Positions 11,131 to 24,944 of a DNA stretch of 64,000 nucleotides are shown here, one piece after another. The stretch covers positions 53,754,001-53,818,000 of the forward strand of contig OZ024749.1 of NCBI GenBank assembly GCA_964016885.1, given 5' to 3'. A program made the translations under genes and the position numbers. Position 1 is the stretch's first letter. Each line of letters starts with the position of its first letter. Below the pieces are notes generated by a model, which searched no databases, was not told the origin of the DNA, and was given only the letters and a program-made list of their open reading frames with translations. This DNA comes from Eledone cirrhosa (Eukaryota).

Positions 11131-12544
11131 TATAAAGGGCAAAGACACCCTTCGTCACGAATGACCATGGGATTTACACCTAGAAAGTTCGCTTCCGAGG
11201 CACAAGTCCTGGCAATGTCACTGGAAAATGCAGTGGTACTTCTGCCAAGAGTTTATGACTAGCAGAATATATTCCCTGCAGACTGCCCCTCGTCCCCCAC
11301 ACCCGGCAGGCTGTGCTCCCCCATACAAACACACACACACACACGCATCTTGTTAAGCTAGGTCATTAAATGTTGTCTCTGGTTAATGTATTTATTCCAC
11401 TACAACAACAATTATTAAAATACTAAATAGCCTTAATAATTAAATACCACAACACATGTCATTTATTCTTCCTTCTATTATCATCCATTCTGCTGTAGAT
11501 ATTGACTTTCAATGGAATGCTGTCATTGTTCTTTTATTATTTTTACTAGTTTTAGCCATTAGACTGCTTAGGCACCACCTTCATGGGATTAAGTTTAATC
11601 CTAGGTCAGCTCTGATCATACAGGTTAAAATCTGTTTCAAACCCTGAGGCTCATTAGGTCAAACCTTATCCAATTCATTGGCATTAAGTGACTGAAAGTA
11701 CAAGCCTTGCCCTGGGAAAGATGCCAGTCCATTGCAAAGATGACTTCCAGCTGCTGCTGTTGGAATTACTGCTACTTATTTTCAGCTCTGTTGACTGGAA
11801 CAATGTGAAATGATGTTTTCCTCAAGAACACAACCCAGTCCAGGAATTGAACCCACAACATCACAACATTATGATCATAAGTCCAACATATTAACCAATA
11901 GATTGTGCATCTAGGAGTACATTATCTAAAGCATTCCTGTCTTTTATTTAATCTGATAATTTGAATGAGACATAGCTGGTATTTCTTGCTGTTCAAATAC
12001 CCACATAGAGGCCTTCCTTGTTTACCCCATGAGATACATGTATGTGTTATATGTATTGTGTAGAAAGAAAATCAGACTAATGTGGTTGCGGTGACAACAT
12101 CAGATTATGCTGTTAAAGACTGACTCATGTGGTATTTGAATATATTAAATGAAGAGAATGGTTAGAAATCAGCTAAAATATGTTATTGTGGTATCTTTTG
12201 GTTTTATCAGACTCATCGTGTTCCTCATCTTCACCCATTTTCTTGCAAACATCCCCAAAATTTGCAATAACCTTTAAACCTAGTCCTTCTTGCTTAGAAC
12301 AATGGCTCTCTAGATATCTGCATTTGCTTATATCTTTTCTACAGACATCAACTTGCAACAGTTTAAATGGAATGTTAACAGCATCAATCTCACTAATCTT
12401 GGAGGGTCTGTAAAAGCCATGGGCACAGACCCTTCCTTCAGACTGCATAAATAATAAAGACAAACAAACATGTGATTAAGAAATAAAGTAAGTAACAAAT
12501 GAGTTAATATCAAAGAGTCTTTGACAACAGTAATAACGATAATA

Positions 12545-12873
12545 CATTAGAACCTTCATCCACAAATGTCTCTCATCACAAACAAGTCAGTTCACAAACA
12601 ATTTTTCCAAACTTAAAATGTCTCGGTTTATGAACGGTATCTCGAGTAATGAACACACAAGCCAGCAACAAACTGGGAGCATTGGCAGGAAAGTGTCACT
12701 TGTTGTGTAGTTAGGTACTATGGTGATATCTATCTGTCTTTTACATACAGTCTCTCTCTCACTGTATTTCTTTCTTAACATTCTGTATGGGAAAAACAGT
12801 TTGGGTTTACAAACATTTCAGGTGACAAACGACTTTCAGGAAAGAATTAAGTTTGTGAACTGAGGTTCGACTG
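12545..12873. mobile_element. Degenerate pogo/Tigger-like MITE; related end at ~25582
   Basis: Imperfect TIRs CATTAGAACCT / GAGGTTCGACTG; CAGTAGAACCTCAGTTCACAAAC at 25582 matches the right end in reverse complement. Confidence 0.5.
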
Positions 12874-15800
12874 GATTAAGAAAACTGTTTATAAATCATT
12901 TTGAGATAACTGGTGGTTGATGTTGATGCTGTTTTGGTTTGATCCAAAATCAACTCCGATATTCAGCAGAGTTATGGGTATCGGGTAATATTTTAGTTAT
13001 CATATTTCAAGGAGTTACGACCCCTGTCCTTTACCTGTTATGTTATGTTCACAGCTGGTTCCACCTACCAGCATCCAGGAAGGTGAATGTGGCAACAGTC
13101 ATTGACAACAAACCGACAATTCGATGGTGTCAGCAAAGATTTGCAGGACATTTAATGCTAGTCTTCAGCTGACTGAGGTTTTGAACTTAATAAAGTTCTG
13201 CAGACTACTGCAATCTAATAAAGGGTTGGTGACACTTTAGTTTATTATGTATCAAAATATCTGCTGCTATATCCATAGAGGTGGCCATGTGTGGATCAAG
13301 TAACTCACAGAACTGTGACATATGTAATGTGGTAGTGATTGAACAATGTTTAGTTGGAAAGGACCTTACTCCTACTGAGGACATAACTTCTCTAGTGCTG
13401 GTGCCATGATACACCCAGTACACCCTGTAAAGTAGCAGACTTTAGGAAGCACATCCAGCCATTAAAACCATGCCAGAAATGGAATTTACAAACAAGATGT
13501 GGTAAAATGATGATGATATTGATATCATTATCACCGTTTTATGTTCGTTCTTCCATGCTAGCATGGGTTAATTAGTTGAAATTCAATCAGCACCCAAGCC
13601 ATAAACATCTTGTTTGTCTTATTTTCTGGTGTAATATATCATGGAGTATATTATCCACAGAGTGCTTCTATTTTTAAGCTGATAAAGTGTGATTTGAAAG
13701 ATCTGGTATCACATAGAGACTTCCTCATTTGGTTGTAGTTATTTACATTGTTTTTTAACACCAGGTCAGCCATGATGTTAAAAAAAACTTCCTAACTATG
13801 GCTATTACTAACTACAATGGTTACATGTAATCAAATATAAGTTGGTAGAATGTAGAAAGAGTTTTGTGAAGGGTTTTAGGTGTCTATACAGTTGCAAGCA
13901 GACACAGATACCTTTTCTACTCTTTCTTCTGTGATGCAACAGAACATATAGGATGTGACAGCTGAAAGGAGAGAGGGTTGCACCAGCACTGGGCTGCTAC
14001 TTTATCATCTCTGAAAGGATGTAGGAAAAAAGTGAACCATGGTAAGATTTGAACTCAGAAAGCAAAGATAAGGAACAAATATTTAACGCTCTAATGACTC
14101 TGCCAAATCGGCCATGTTAGTTGTGGTGGTACTATCGTAATTTTACAGATAGTCGAAGACTGTATTATCTAATGTGAAGCCACATGGTCTAATGGTGAGG
14201 ATGCTTGATGTAGGATTGTAATATCATCAGTTCAATTCCTGGATAGGCTGCTGTATTGTGTTCTTGAGCAAAACACTTTATTTCACGTTGCTTCAGTAAG
14301 TACCAGCAGTATAGCTGGGGAGTTAATTGTGCGATAGACCAGCACCCTATCCAGGGAGAGTCTTGTACTCTCAGTCGCTTAACCAAGGAAACTGGGGATA
14401 AGCATCAGTCTGATAAGCCTTCAGCTTAGAACATGTTAACTAATGTGTCCTTACTTTTTAAAGATGGTATGGTATAATATGGGGAGATTTTTGTTGTGCA
14501 AGAGAGAAGACTGTGCTGGTATAGATGTGTAAAGGATATGGATGATGGGCACAGGGTGAAGAAGTGCCAAGAGTTCCCAGTGAAAGGAAAGTGTAGTAGA
14601 TGAAGACTGATAAAAACCTGGGCTGAAGTGGTTAAAGCTGATCTCACAATGTTGAAATGATGAAAGAATGCTGCAAATGGAGAGAGGTTATGCTACAGAG
14701 GAACTTTCCAATGCATGGGAAAACAGACGTGATGATGATGATGATATGCGCTCTAAGGTATTGAAGCAGGGAAAAATGGACGTGATGATGCATAGGGTCT
14801 CTCACTGACTTATATAACAACGTTATTGGCATGCAATTATTAGAGTTATTAGAATAGATGTTAATAAAATTATTAGATTTAATTAGTATTAAAAGAAAAT
14901 GCCTTCACCCCAGCACGGGGGCGCATCAAGTTTGAGCTTAATCTGGTTTAAGTAACAAGGCTTATTAGATTACCACCACCTGGATAGGACACAAGTTAAC
15001 TCCTCGCAGCTAGTACTGGTACATATTTTCAGCTGAGTTGACTGGAGCAATGTGAAAGGAAGGATTTATAAGTAATTGTCAGCTGTTAATAAAATCACTA
15101 ATACTAGTTTACTAATTACTACGGTTATCTCGGTTGATCGATGAAGTGAATAATCAACATTAATTGATGCCAATGATTGCAATTAATTTTGAAAGGATTT
15201 AGTAATAATGAATTCTGATTTTGGCACAAAGCCAACAATTTGCGGGGGGGGGGGGGATCAGTTAAATCGACCCCAGTGTGTTACTGGTACCTCATTTCAT
15301 CAACCCTGTAAGGATAAAAGGCAAAGCTAACGTTGGTGGGATATGAACTCAGAATGTAAAGGATTTAGTAATGATAACTTTCTCTTTATTATGGTTTGGA
15401 ATATAAGTTAATGTTTCTTACATAAAAATATAATAGAATGAGTATTGTAGAACGAGAGGCAGGTGGAGTGACATCAAAAGGGTTTGGCCCTAATATTTTG
15501 ATCTGTTGTAGAATATGGGAATGTTTTGTTAAGGCTTTTGTTACTATATTTCTAATAACAAACACTGCTTATGATTGACAATTTTCAGTATAATAAAACA
15601 AATTTGGAAGGTTTTAATTATTTTATTTTCTAGTTTTAAATTGGTGTTTGGAACATACCTTAAAAAGTTCTTACAAAAAATTCTAATAGAAAATTTAACC
15701 CTTTAGCATTTAAACTGGCCAGAACTCTCTCACCTCTTTCTGTCCAAACTGGTCACTCATACTGATGTTAAGGTATTGTTCTCAAAATAAATAACATCAA

Positions 15801-16328
15801 CATTTTGTAGATTCGATATTATGTGAGATAATTATGTAAAATAAAGTCTTTACTGTGAAAATACAATAGTAAATATAGAATAATGTAAATACTAAAGGGT
15901 TAAATTTAAACATGGATACTTTACAACTAAGTTTTTTTTAATCTTAAAAGATGAATTTGAAAAAGAATGATTTATATATTTTAAATTTATGTCTGTAGAT
16001 TGGAGAACAACAGGGAGGGGTTGCTTGCTCTAGCAGTCAGGGTAGCTGTGCCTTTTTGTGGGCTTTCTCCACAAGTACCCCACCCCTCCACACACACATA
16101 TCATATTTGGGGAATTTACTTTGTTTGAAAATAATTTAAATGTTCATTGTTTTGTAAAAATATTTTTACAAGAAAATACTCACATTGTATCATCCTTTTC
16201 TTCCATGTGAACCCTATTTGGTTAGTAAAGATATAATTATTATTTTGCTTTATTTCCAGGAACTCTAGATAGATTGTAGTTTAATTTCCTGAAACTAACC
16301 AAATATTGAGACAAAGAAAGAAAAGAGA

Positions 16329-19291
16329 ATGGACTTTCTTCCCAATGGTCTCCGCCAGCGGCACAAGAGCAAATCTATCATAAAGTCGGCAATTTCTTCA
16401 ACATCAAAAAAATTTAATAGTCTTTCTTTGAGAACTAAATGTCTTCTTGTTTTCATTGCTTTCATGCTTGTCATTGCATATATAATAATGCTTTGGCACC
16501 AGGTAACAAACCGACTCCGTGAATTCACCTACTTACAAGCTGATACATGTCCTGCATGCTATGGTTCCAGTATATGCGCTCCTCTCTTCAGAGGTGAAGC
16601 ACACTATACCAGTATTCTTTCTAAGATCCGTTCTTTGGATTATATAAATTTCAAGAATTTCCATTATGGCAAGATTAATAGTAAAGAGGTTGTTTTGAAA
16701 AAACTGGCTCATGACGGTATATTGAATGAGCTGGATGATAAAATATGTCGCGGTGCTCGGAGAAATTATGGTTGTGATGTTGCGAGAGTTATTATTAGAA
16801 CTGATTTCACTGCTGAAGTTCGACAACATAAATTACAAGTAGCTCACCTGGCTGGTCTCAATGATATGTTTTACTGTCCAACTGGTCGTCTTCTTGATAG
16901 ACTATTGAAATATTACAAAGAAAAACATTCTTATGAAGCTCCCTATTTCTACGTTGTTGATAAAATACAGATTCTAGTAACTGCTATGATTAATTCAGAA
17001 CCATTAATGCTACAGGTAAGATATGTTTATAATGTTATAGCTTTTATTTAGTCAAGGATGGTGCTGGGGTGTGTACATTCTGGCAGTATTAGATCCAACG
17101 CTTTATTTTCTGAGTTCAAATCCTGTCACGGTCAACTTTGCCTTTCATCCTAATGGGGGGTGATAAAATAAAGTACCAGTAACGCACTGGGGTTGATATA
17201 ATTGACTTTCCCCTCCCCACAAATTGCTGACCTTGTGCCTAAATTAGAAATAATTATTTAAGCTGGTGTTTGGAACATAACTTAACAAAGGTGCCTACAT
17301 AAAATTATGATGGAAGGTTTTTAGATAAATATAAATACTTTAAAACAAACAGCATTGTATCATAAAATAAGATGTGGTTTGGTATCTTTTGTGTAACTCC
17401 TATTTCTTTTCAAATTCCTTTAGACATTTCCTTCATCAGAAGGTTGGCCATTTCCTCCGTATCTTGGAGCTTGTGGACGTTTTATTCTTGTTGAAAATTG
17501 TGGTGAAAGTTTACAGAATTTTAATAAGGCACCCATAGAAAAACGAGTAAGTAATTAACACTTTCATTACAATATTCCCGATAAAATACACTGTATCTGA
17601 ACTGATTAATAGAGAATTTGGAGGGATTTACTAAAATCATTAGAGTTAACTGTGAATGCATGTATTCTTATTACATAATGGAACATCCAAGACATCTGCA
17701 TGTCTGACTGCGACCTCACACGACCATTTATGGTTCTGCTATATATTACACCTTTTGTCTAGTGACTTCTGACTGAGACAATCTTATTGGCAGTCATTCT
17801 TTTCAGGACAGGCTTAACTTGACAGATTTACTTATTTCAACTATGCAATTTCATTGTATATATATCACATTGTATTACATTATATATTTCACTATATATA
17901 TATATCACATTGTATTGCAGTATGACCTGGCCTATCAGGTGATGAAAATTGCTAATTATCTCACAGAAAATCCATCGAATTTTTCTTTATACTGGACAAC
18001 TTTGAAGCCCAGTGATTTTGTAGTCGACAAGGAAGGACATGTAAAATTTGTAGACTTGAAAAATATTGTTGTTGTAGATAAAGCAGCATATAATGAAGGT
18101 AATCAGGTGATTTTAGCATTGTTTTTATGTATTCCTTTAATATTTTTAGGATTTTAGTGCCCCAATAAAATGCACCCTTAGAAACCATGACAACTCCCCA
18201 AGTGTTGGTGCTATGATAGAATGTACACAGTAGAGCATGTGATCAAATGTGCCCCCAGCCCACCTGGAGGTCAGAGGCTTTTGCTTGAGTACTGACCGGT
18301 CTGTGACGACACATCCAACTCTTGCAGAGAAAACAGATGCTAAACCAGTGATTCCCAATGTGTGGGAGCAATGATGTTAATGAGAAGAAACAAGGTTTTA
18401 CCTTATTACTTTTACACCAAGGTAACTTTGGTAGACATTACTGTCAGAAATTCCTGACTCACCTCTTCCACACACGTTATTGTACATCTGGCACCACCTA
18501 TATGGTATACATTACCGTCAGAAACTCCTGTCTCACCTCCTCCACATGTTATTGTACATCTGGCACCACCTATATGGTATACATTACCGTCAGAAACTCC
18601 TGTCTCACCTCCTCCACATGTTATTGTACATCTGGCACCACCTATATGGTAGACATTATTGTCAGAAACTCGTCTCACTTCCTCCACACGTTATTGTGTC
18701 TGGCACCACCTATATATAAATCTGTTTACACTTTGCAGGTGATCATCGCTGTTTTCATATCAAAAGGGGACATAACTTTTTAGATGTTAAGGTGGGGTGG
18801 GGCATGGTATAATAATAATAATGAAATTATTGTGTAAAGTGCTCAGGTGCACTACAACTCGTCAAAGGTGTATGTATAGTACATAGAATAATATACTAAA
18901 TGTTAGTGTTTTTTTTATCAATTGTTTTTATTGATTTTATTTAGTTATCAATGTAGGAAAGCCGAGGACATTTGAAGCAGAGTTCACAGAATGTACTGAC
19001 TTCTGTCCACCAGCTCCAACCAGGGAGTTATGCAATCATCTCAGCTCAGACTGGAACATCTACTTAGCCTGTCGCTACATCCTGTCGGAACATGCCACAG
19101 ATCCAAGCATGAAAGGTGGCCTACTTCACAATATGTCAAGAGCAGCCCTCGATGATTGGGATATGAGCTTTCTCATAAAGGAATGTACATCTCCATCAAC
19201 AGCTGGAGGAAGAATAAAAGCCCTCCATAGACTAATTCACACATTAGATGCCTTGCGCAAAGGAAAGGAAATACACTCGGTGAACCTTTAA
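16329..19291 (+). CDS. DIPK2A: Divergent protein kinase domain 2A (DIA1/C3orf58)-like, ~440 aa; exons 16329-17015, 17424-17546, 17921-18098, 18957-19291
   Basis: N-terminal TM segment, CPACYGSSIC, NSEPLMLQ|TFPSSEGWPFPPYLGACGR, VKFVDLKNIVVVDK, DWNIYLACRYIL, GGLLH; consistent intron phases. Confidence 0.88.
18428..18715. repeat. Intronic minisatellite, 72-bp unit x ~4
   Basis: Repeated TTATTGTACATCTGGCACCACCTATATGGTA; 24-aa periodicity in the overlapping ORFs. Confidence 0.95.
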
Positions 19292-19618
19292 CTCTTGCAC
19301 ACATTTTTTTAAAATTTTTTGTGGGGTTACTTTTGCATTTGATTTATGATAAATTTAGTAGACTCTAATGTAAAACTTGACAGAAGCAGCAATAAAAACT
19401 AGACCAACAAGATTACACTTCATAGGTATTTGTAGAATATATATACCTATTTATTTTCTCACATAATAATGTCAAACATTGGCAGACCCTAACTCAGAAT
19501 TTGACAATAATAAAAACAAGACCAATCAAGATTACATTTCATTATTATTTGTAGAATATTTACATATTTTCTCATAGAATGTTATCTCAAACATTGAGAA
19601 GAATATAAGTGATTCAGT

Positions 19619-22600
19619 TTACTCTCTTGCTCGGTTGCTGCGGTTCTTTACATTAGCGTATTCATAGAAATGTGTTCCGATTTTCTTGTTTCTTTCTTTG
19701 CGATCCAGTTTACGACGCTGAGAAAAAAAAAAAAATTTTCCATAAATATATTAAAATATTCTAACGAAAAATAGTTTTTTTTAATTTTCACTTCTTACAT
19801 TATTAACACTAGATGAGAACGACAGTTTTCTCTCTCTATCTATGTACATATCTTTTGCTTGGTGCTCCTCCCATCTCTATATATAGATGAGGGTGACCTA
19901 ACTTTGTCACTTCGAAAACACAGCGTTCTCTATGTACATATTTCTCGCTTGGTGCTACCCCTCTCTATATAAAGTGTTATGGACGGACAGACAGACAACA
20001 CTCTATATTATAATATACAGTTAGAGAGAGAAGCTGAAGGTTGTTAGATAAAAGATTAGTTCTAGTAGAGTTATTGTGGTGTTTACCTCCAGGTTAGCCC
20101 TGGTCAAAAAGGTACTCCAACCATGACCAATTTGTCTTATTTTCAGCCAATATATCTAGAATTATATCATCCATGTCCTTTCTTAAAGGAGAGTTGGCAG
20201 CTATAATTTAGGTGAGCAACCACGTAGAAGCTCTGTCTTGTGTCAGTGATCAACCATTATAAACAATCATTATTCAGTCACCATACCAAAGTGTTCCCTT
20301 ATTTCAACCCTTTCACTACTGTATTTCTAATAAAATATACTGCCTATGTCTTTCAATTAATTTTGTAAAGGGCAAAAGATTAGGAGATATTTAATGAAAT
20401 AACTAAGTTTTTCATTAGTAACCTGGTATTTGGAACATTACTTAACAGAAATTTATGAAATAAAATTATAATGGAAGGATTTTAATATTTTAAGGGATAA
20501 AACATTTAAAAATTAGAAGTTTTTGTATCATAAATGGTTAAGGCATTAAAAACTGTGGAATATTTTGGCACCTATATCGAGCAGGTCCAAGATTTACCAA
20601 GAACCCCTTCATGGGATGAGTGATTAGATCAATTAAATTAGGATTTGAACTCTAAACAGTAGTTACTGGATAAAAGCAGCATACATTTTCTGGTTCCAAT
20701 TCTTCAACACATTTCGACTATATTTTCTCAAAAGCTGAACACCAGAAACCTATACTGTGTCATGGCCAACCTTAAAATTTGACCAGTTAAAACTTACTTG
20801 TTTGCCAGTCAACTTTGGTACTTCATCTTCATCAGAACTTTCAATGTGTCGCTTCTTCTTCTGTCTTTTATTTAACATCTTGCTTGACTTGGCTGGTTTT
20901 ACCTTGGCAGGAGAATCTTTAAGAGAAGACTCCTTTATATTAGGTTTATGCTTTTCTTGTACATCCAGCATCTTGTACATGAAATCAGCTGAAATATAGA
21001 GACAGAAAAGGAATGAATAAAATTGAACAAACATAAAATCTATTGCAAGCTCCTTAAAATGTGAGGATTAAATTTAACCCTTTAGTATTTACATTACTTT
21101 CTATATATACTATTACAGTTTCGTAGTAAAAGCTTTATCTCACATAATATCGAATCTATGAGATTTTGGTATTATATATTTTGAGAACAATACCTTAAGA
21201 TTAGTATGAGTAGCAAGATACAGCTGGTTTAAATGCTAATGGGTTAAAGCACAATGTCTCTCCACTCATTGAGGTCCTTCATTATCTCTTGTGAGCTTCA
21301 GTGATTTGAGATCAACCCTTACAACTTCTAACCAGGTCTTCCTGTGTTTCCTTCCGCTGCAGCTTCCTTGTTTATGTTTATCTCTGTTTATGTCCCATAA
21401 CTTAGTAGTTTAACAAAATAAGTACTGGGGTTGATATGTGTAACTGAATCCCTAATAATTTGAAACCAGTAAAAGATTAAAAGAACACAAAAGTAATATA
21501 TATATTTGTACCTTCATCAGAGTCCTCTTCCGACATTTGTTGAAGAGAGGAGGGAGTACCACTTCCTGATGGAATACTTTCAAGAGATATTGTCAAAGAC
21601 TTTTCTGGAGCCTCCTTCTTGCTGTTATCTGTTGTTTCTTCCTCTGTAACAGTCTCCGTAGTATTTGGTTCTTCTTCTTCACAGGAATCCTTCTTTACTT
21701 TGTCCTTTTCTACAGCACCAGGGGCAGTTTTATCCACTTCATTTGATGCAGTCATTAAGTCAACAAATACTTTTGCATCAGACGACTCATTCTCTACTTT
21801 AAGATTTTCAATTTCTTTCGTCTCCTCTTCATTGCTCTCATTGTCTGAATCGCTGTCGACATCAGAATCATCTCGAGAAACCTCCAAATTCACAGATTTA
21901 ACATCATCACTAACAAACTTTGGTTGTACATTAATTTTACGTAAGTCCTGTTGTACATGTGGAATAGTTTTGATGATGGTTTCACTGTTTAATACTGTAG
22001 TTTCTTCTGTGGAAGTCTCACCAGTTACACTTTCTTCTCCCTACAAAAATAAATCAAGCATGAGTAGAGAAAAGAAATACTTTTGATAGCATATACACAC
22101 ACAAATATATATATATTTCTCCAAAATGGTTTTCTCAAAAGAATTTTTTGTTCCTTCCTCTTCTCACTCTCTATCTTTCTATTTCATCTTTTATTTCTAA
22201 CTCTATCTTCTGATGAAGGACTAGTGACCAAAACGTTAAGGCTCTTTTCCTACTATATCAAGCATTAAACTAATATATTTCTTCATTGTACTGTGTTGTT
22301 TGCCTTGTTATTACTGTTTACTTTTTCCATATATATATATATATAAATTGTAAACGAGATTGAAATCACTGGATATTGATCTAAACCCTTATTATATATA
22401 TATGGAGAAAGAATTCTATGGCCAGATGCTCTTCCTGATACAAACCAATTAAATATGCTGGACATAAACCACATCTGCCTGGCCACCTAGTAGCTTATCT
22501 GTAAAGTGGTTTGTGTTAGAAAGGAGCATCCGACCTTAGAAACTATACCAAAAAGAGGTTGAAAGGACTCTTTAATCACATCATGTACAATGACAAAGTG

Positions 22601-24905
22601 GCTGGTGCTTAGAAGGGTATACAGATGTAAAAACCAAGCCAAAGCGGATATTATATATATATACATACACACACACAAACACAAATATATACACACTAAT
22701 ATATATTTAAAGAAAGGTTGTCCCTACCTCTCTTACAGGCGGTTTAACAAAATAAGGAAGACGTCCACGTTGCCAGTCATTCAACACAATTTTGGAAATA
22801 TTGTTGAAATCTGGGTCACCACCCTGAAAGTTACATTAAAAACAACAAAATATCAACAGCTTTTAAACAATTTATTAACAATCCCTTCATCCCACACTAA
22901 CATAATCAACTCCACATGTAATTAGTTCATTCTGACATTGACTGAAAAGTTCTACAGTATTACTTCTGTCTAAGAGATTACAGTCTTCTGCTGTCAGTCT
23001 TGTTTTCTTATATCACCAGAGACAATATTGACCCTTTTGATGCCAAACTGCTTGAAGCCACCATTGGTTCTACAAAACAAAGCTGTTCATTTTAAAGTCA
23101 TTATCATTTTTATGCGTTTTTCCATGCTTGCATGGGTTGGACATGTCCTTCCCAGCATCTCTCCACTTGTCACATTCCTTCGTTATCTCCTCTAGGAGTC
23201 TCAATAGTTTGAGGTCAGCTCTCACAACCTCTGCCCAGGTCTTCCTTGGTCTACCTCAACTGTGGTTTCCTTTCACAAATCTTCCAACCTCACGTAAGTT
23301 ATATTTCAAGTACCAGATAAATAATAAAATATGAAATATAAAGCTTTGCCGTAATATTTGACTAAATAACAGTCTTAATAAGGTGGGTGTCTAACCACAC
23401 TGAACAGAAAAAGATGAGTATCAGCCCACATTGGAGTATATCCATCTTATTCAGTGGGTTTTTATACCCAGTTATTGAGACTAAGTTATTTAATCAAAGG
23501 TCAAGGTGAAGAATTATATTTCTACTTCAATTTTCAAACTTTGCTCACCACTTTCTAAACTTAATAAAATAATAACAAATCCCTCAAAATACTTGATTAT
23601 TTGAAAGAGGTTAGTGTTTCATTAGAAATAAAAAAAAAAATGGAACTGTTTGATTCTTACCTTTAGAAGTTTTCCATATCGTTTGGCAAGTTTTTCCAAG
23701 AAATCTTCAGTGCTTTCCCAGCCTTCTATTTTATAAGCTCTTGTGATATATTCTGGTCGTACTCGCTCAAGTACAGCTCCGATATAGTCTTCTGGATTCC
23801 TCAAGTGTTCTACTCGCACCTGTAATAAAAAGAATATCGTTATGGTGAAACTTCCCATGATGAGTCACAGATAGACAAGTGACTAGGGTGCCAGCTTATC
23901 AAACATTTAACTGAGCCATGTCGACAGCAGCTCTATATTGTTTTACCAGTTTCAGTCATTAGACCATACCATAAAGTTCACCATATTGACTCCAGTATTT
24001 AGTTTTACAAGAACACAATGTGTCACCCAATCTAGGAATTGAACCCATGGCCTTATGATCATCACACCCTAACCACTAAGCCATGCTCCTTCACCACATA
24101 ATTCACATCTTATTGGCTAAAAAAACCTCAAAAAACAAAGGGACACATTGGAGAATGTAGTCCAAGATAGTCACAGATAGAAAGAATAAACTGTGTAATA
24201 CTTACCACACCTTTCAAAACAATTTCTGTTGGAGTTGAACCTGATGGAAACACAACTCCAGGACAATCAACCAAATATATTCTTCTCATCAAGGTGATAT
24301 ACTGCCATACCTATATAAAATACAGTGAACAAAGCTGGATTGGAAAACAAATTTATTGTTCATAAGGAAACATAAAAATAAAATATCAAAGATGAAGACT
24401 AATGTTTTAACCCTTTTGTTACCATTTTTCTCACTTTTAACAGCATGTAACGATTTAGTAGACATTACTAAAAATGTGTTTGTTAATATAGAACTTATAA
24501 TCCACCCTGTAACGTGGTTGTGTTGTTGAACCAACAAAAAGCACCCAGTCAGCACTGCAAAGTGGTAGTGTTGGTGACAGGGCTGTAACTATATGCCACA
24601 AAGCATGTTGTCCGACGCTCTACCGATTCTGCCAAACCACAATATGATGAGAATAAATCAAATGAAACAGAACATGTCTAGGCTGTATCTTACCTTTGTT
24701 TCACCAGCAATCGGAGCTACTTTACAGACTTTTTTCTTGCGTAAAGTATTAATAACCGAACTTTTCCCCACATTTGGATAACCGATAAATCCCACACTGA
24801 TTTGTTTTTTATTGGAATGGAGCTGGAAACAGAAGATAAATATATATTTCATGGGTTAGACATGCAAGTGTGGGAAATACATATTAAATGGTCCATATAT
24901 ATGTA

Positions 24906-24944
<39 letters not shown>

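Noticed and set aside
21619-22086. 155-aa plus-strand ORF
   Set aside because: Antisense to the acidic low-complexity GNL2 exon (~21511-22040)
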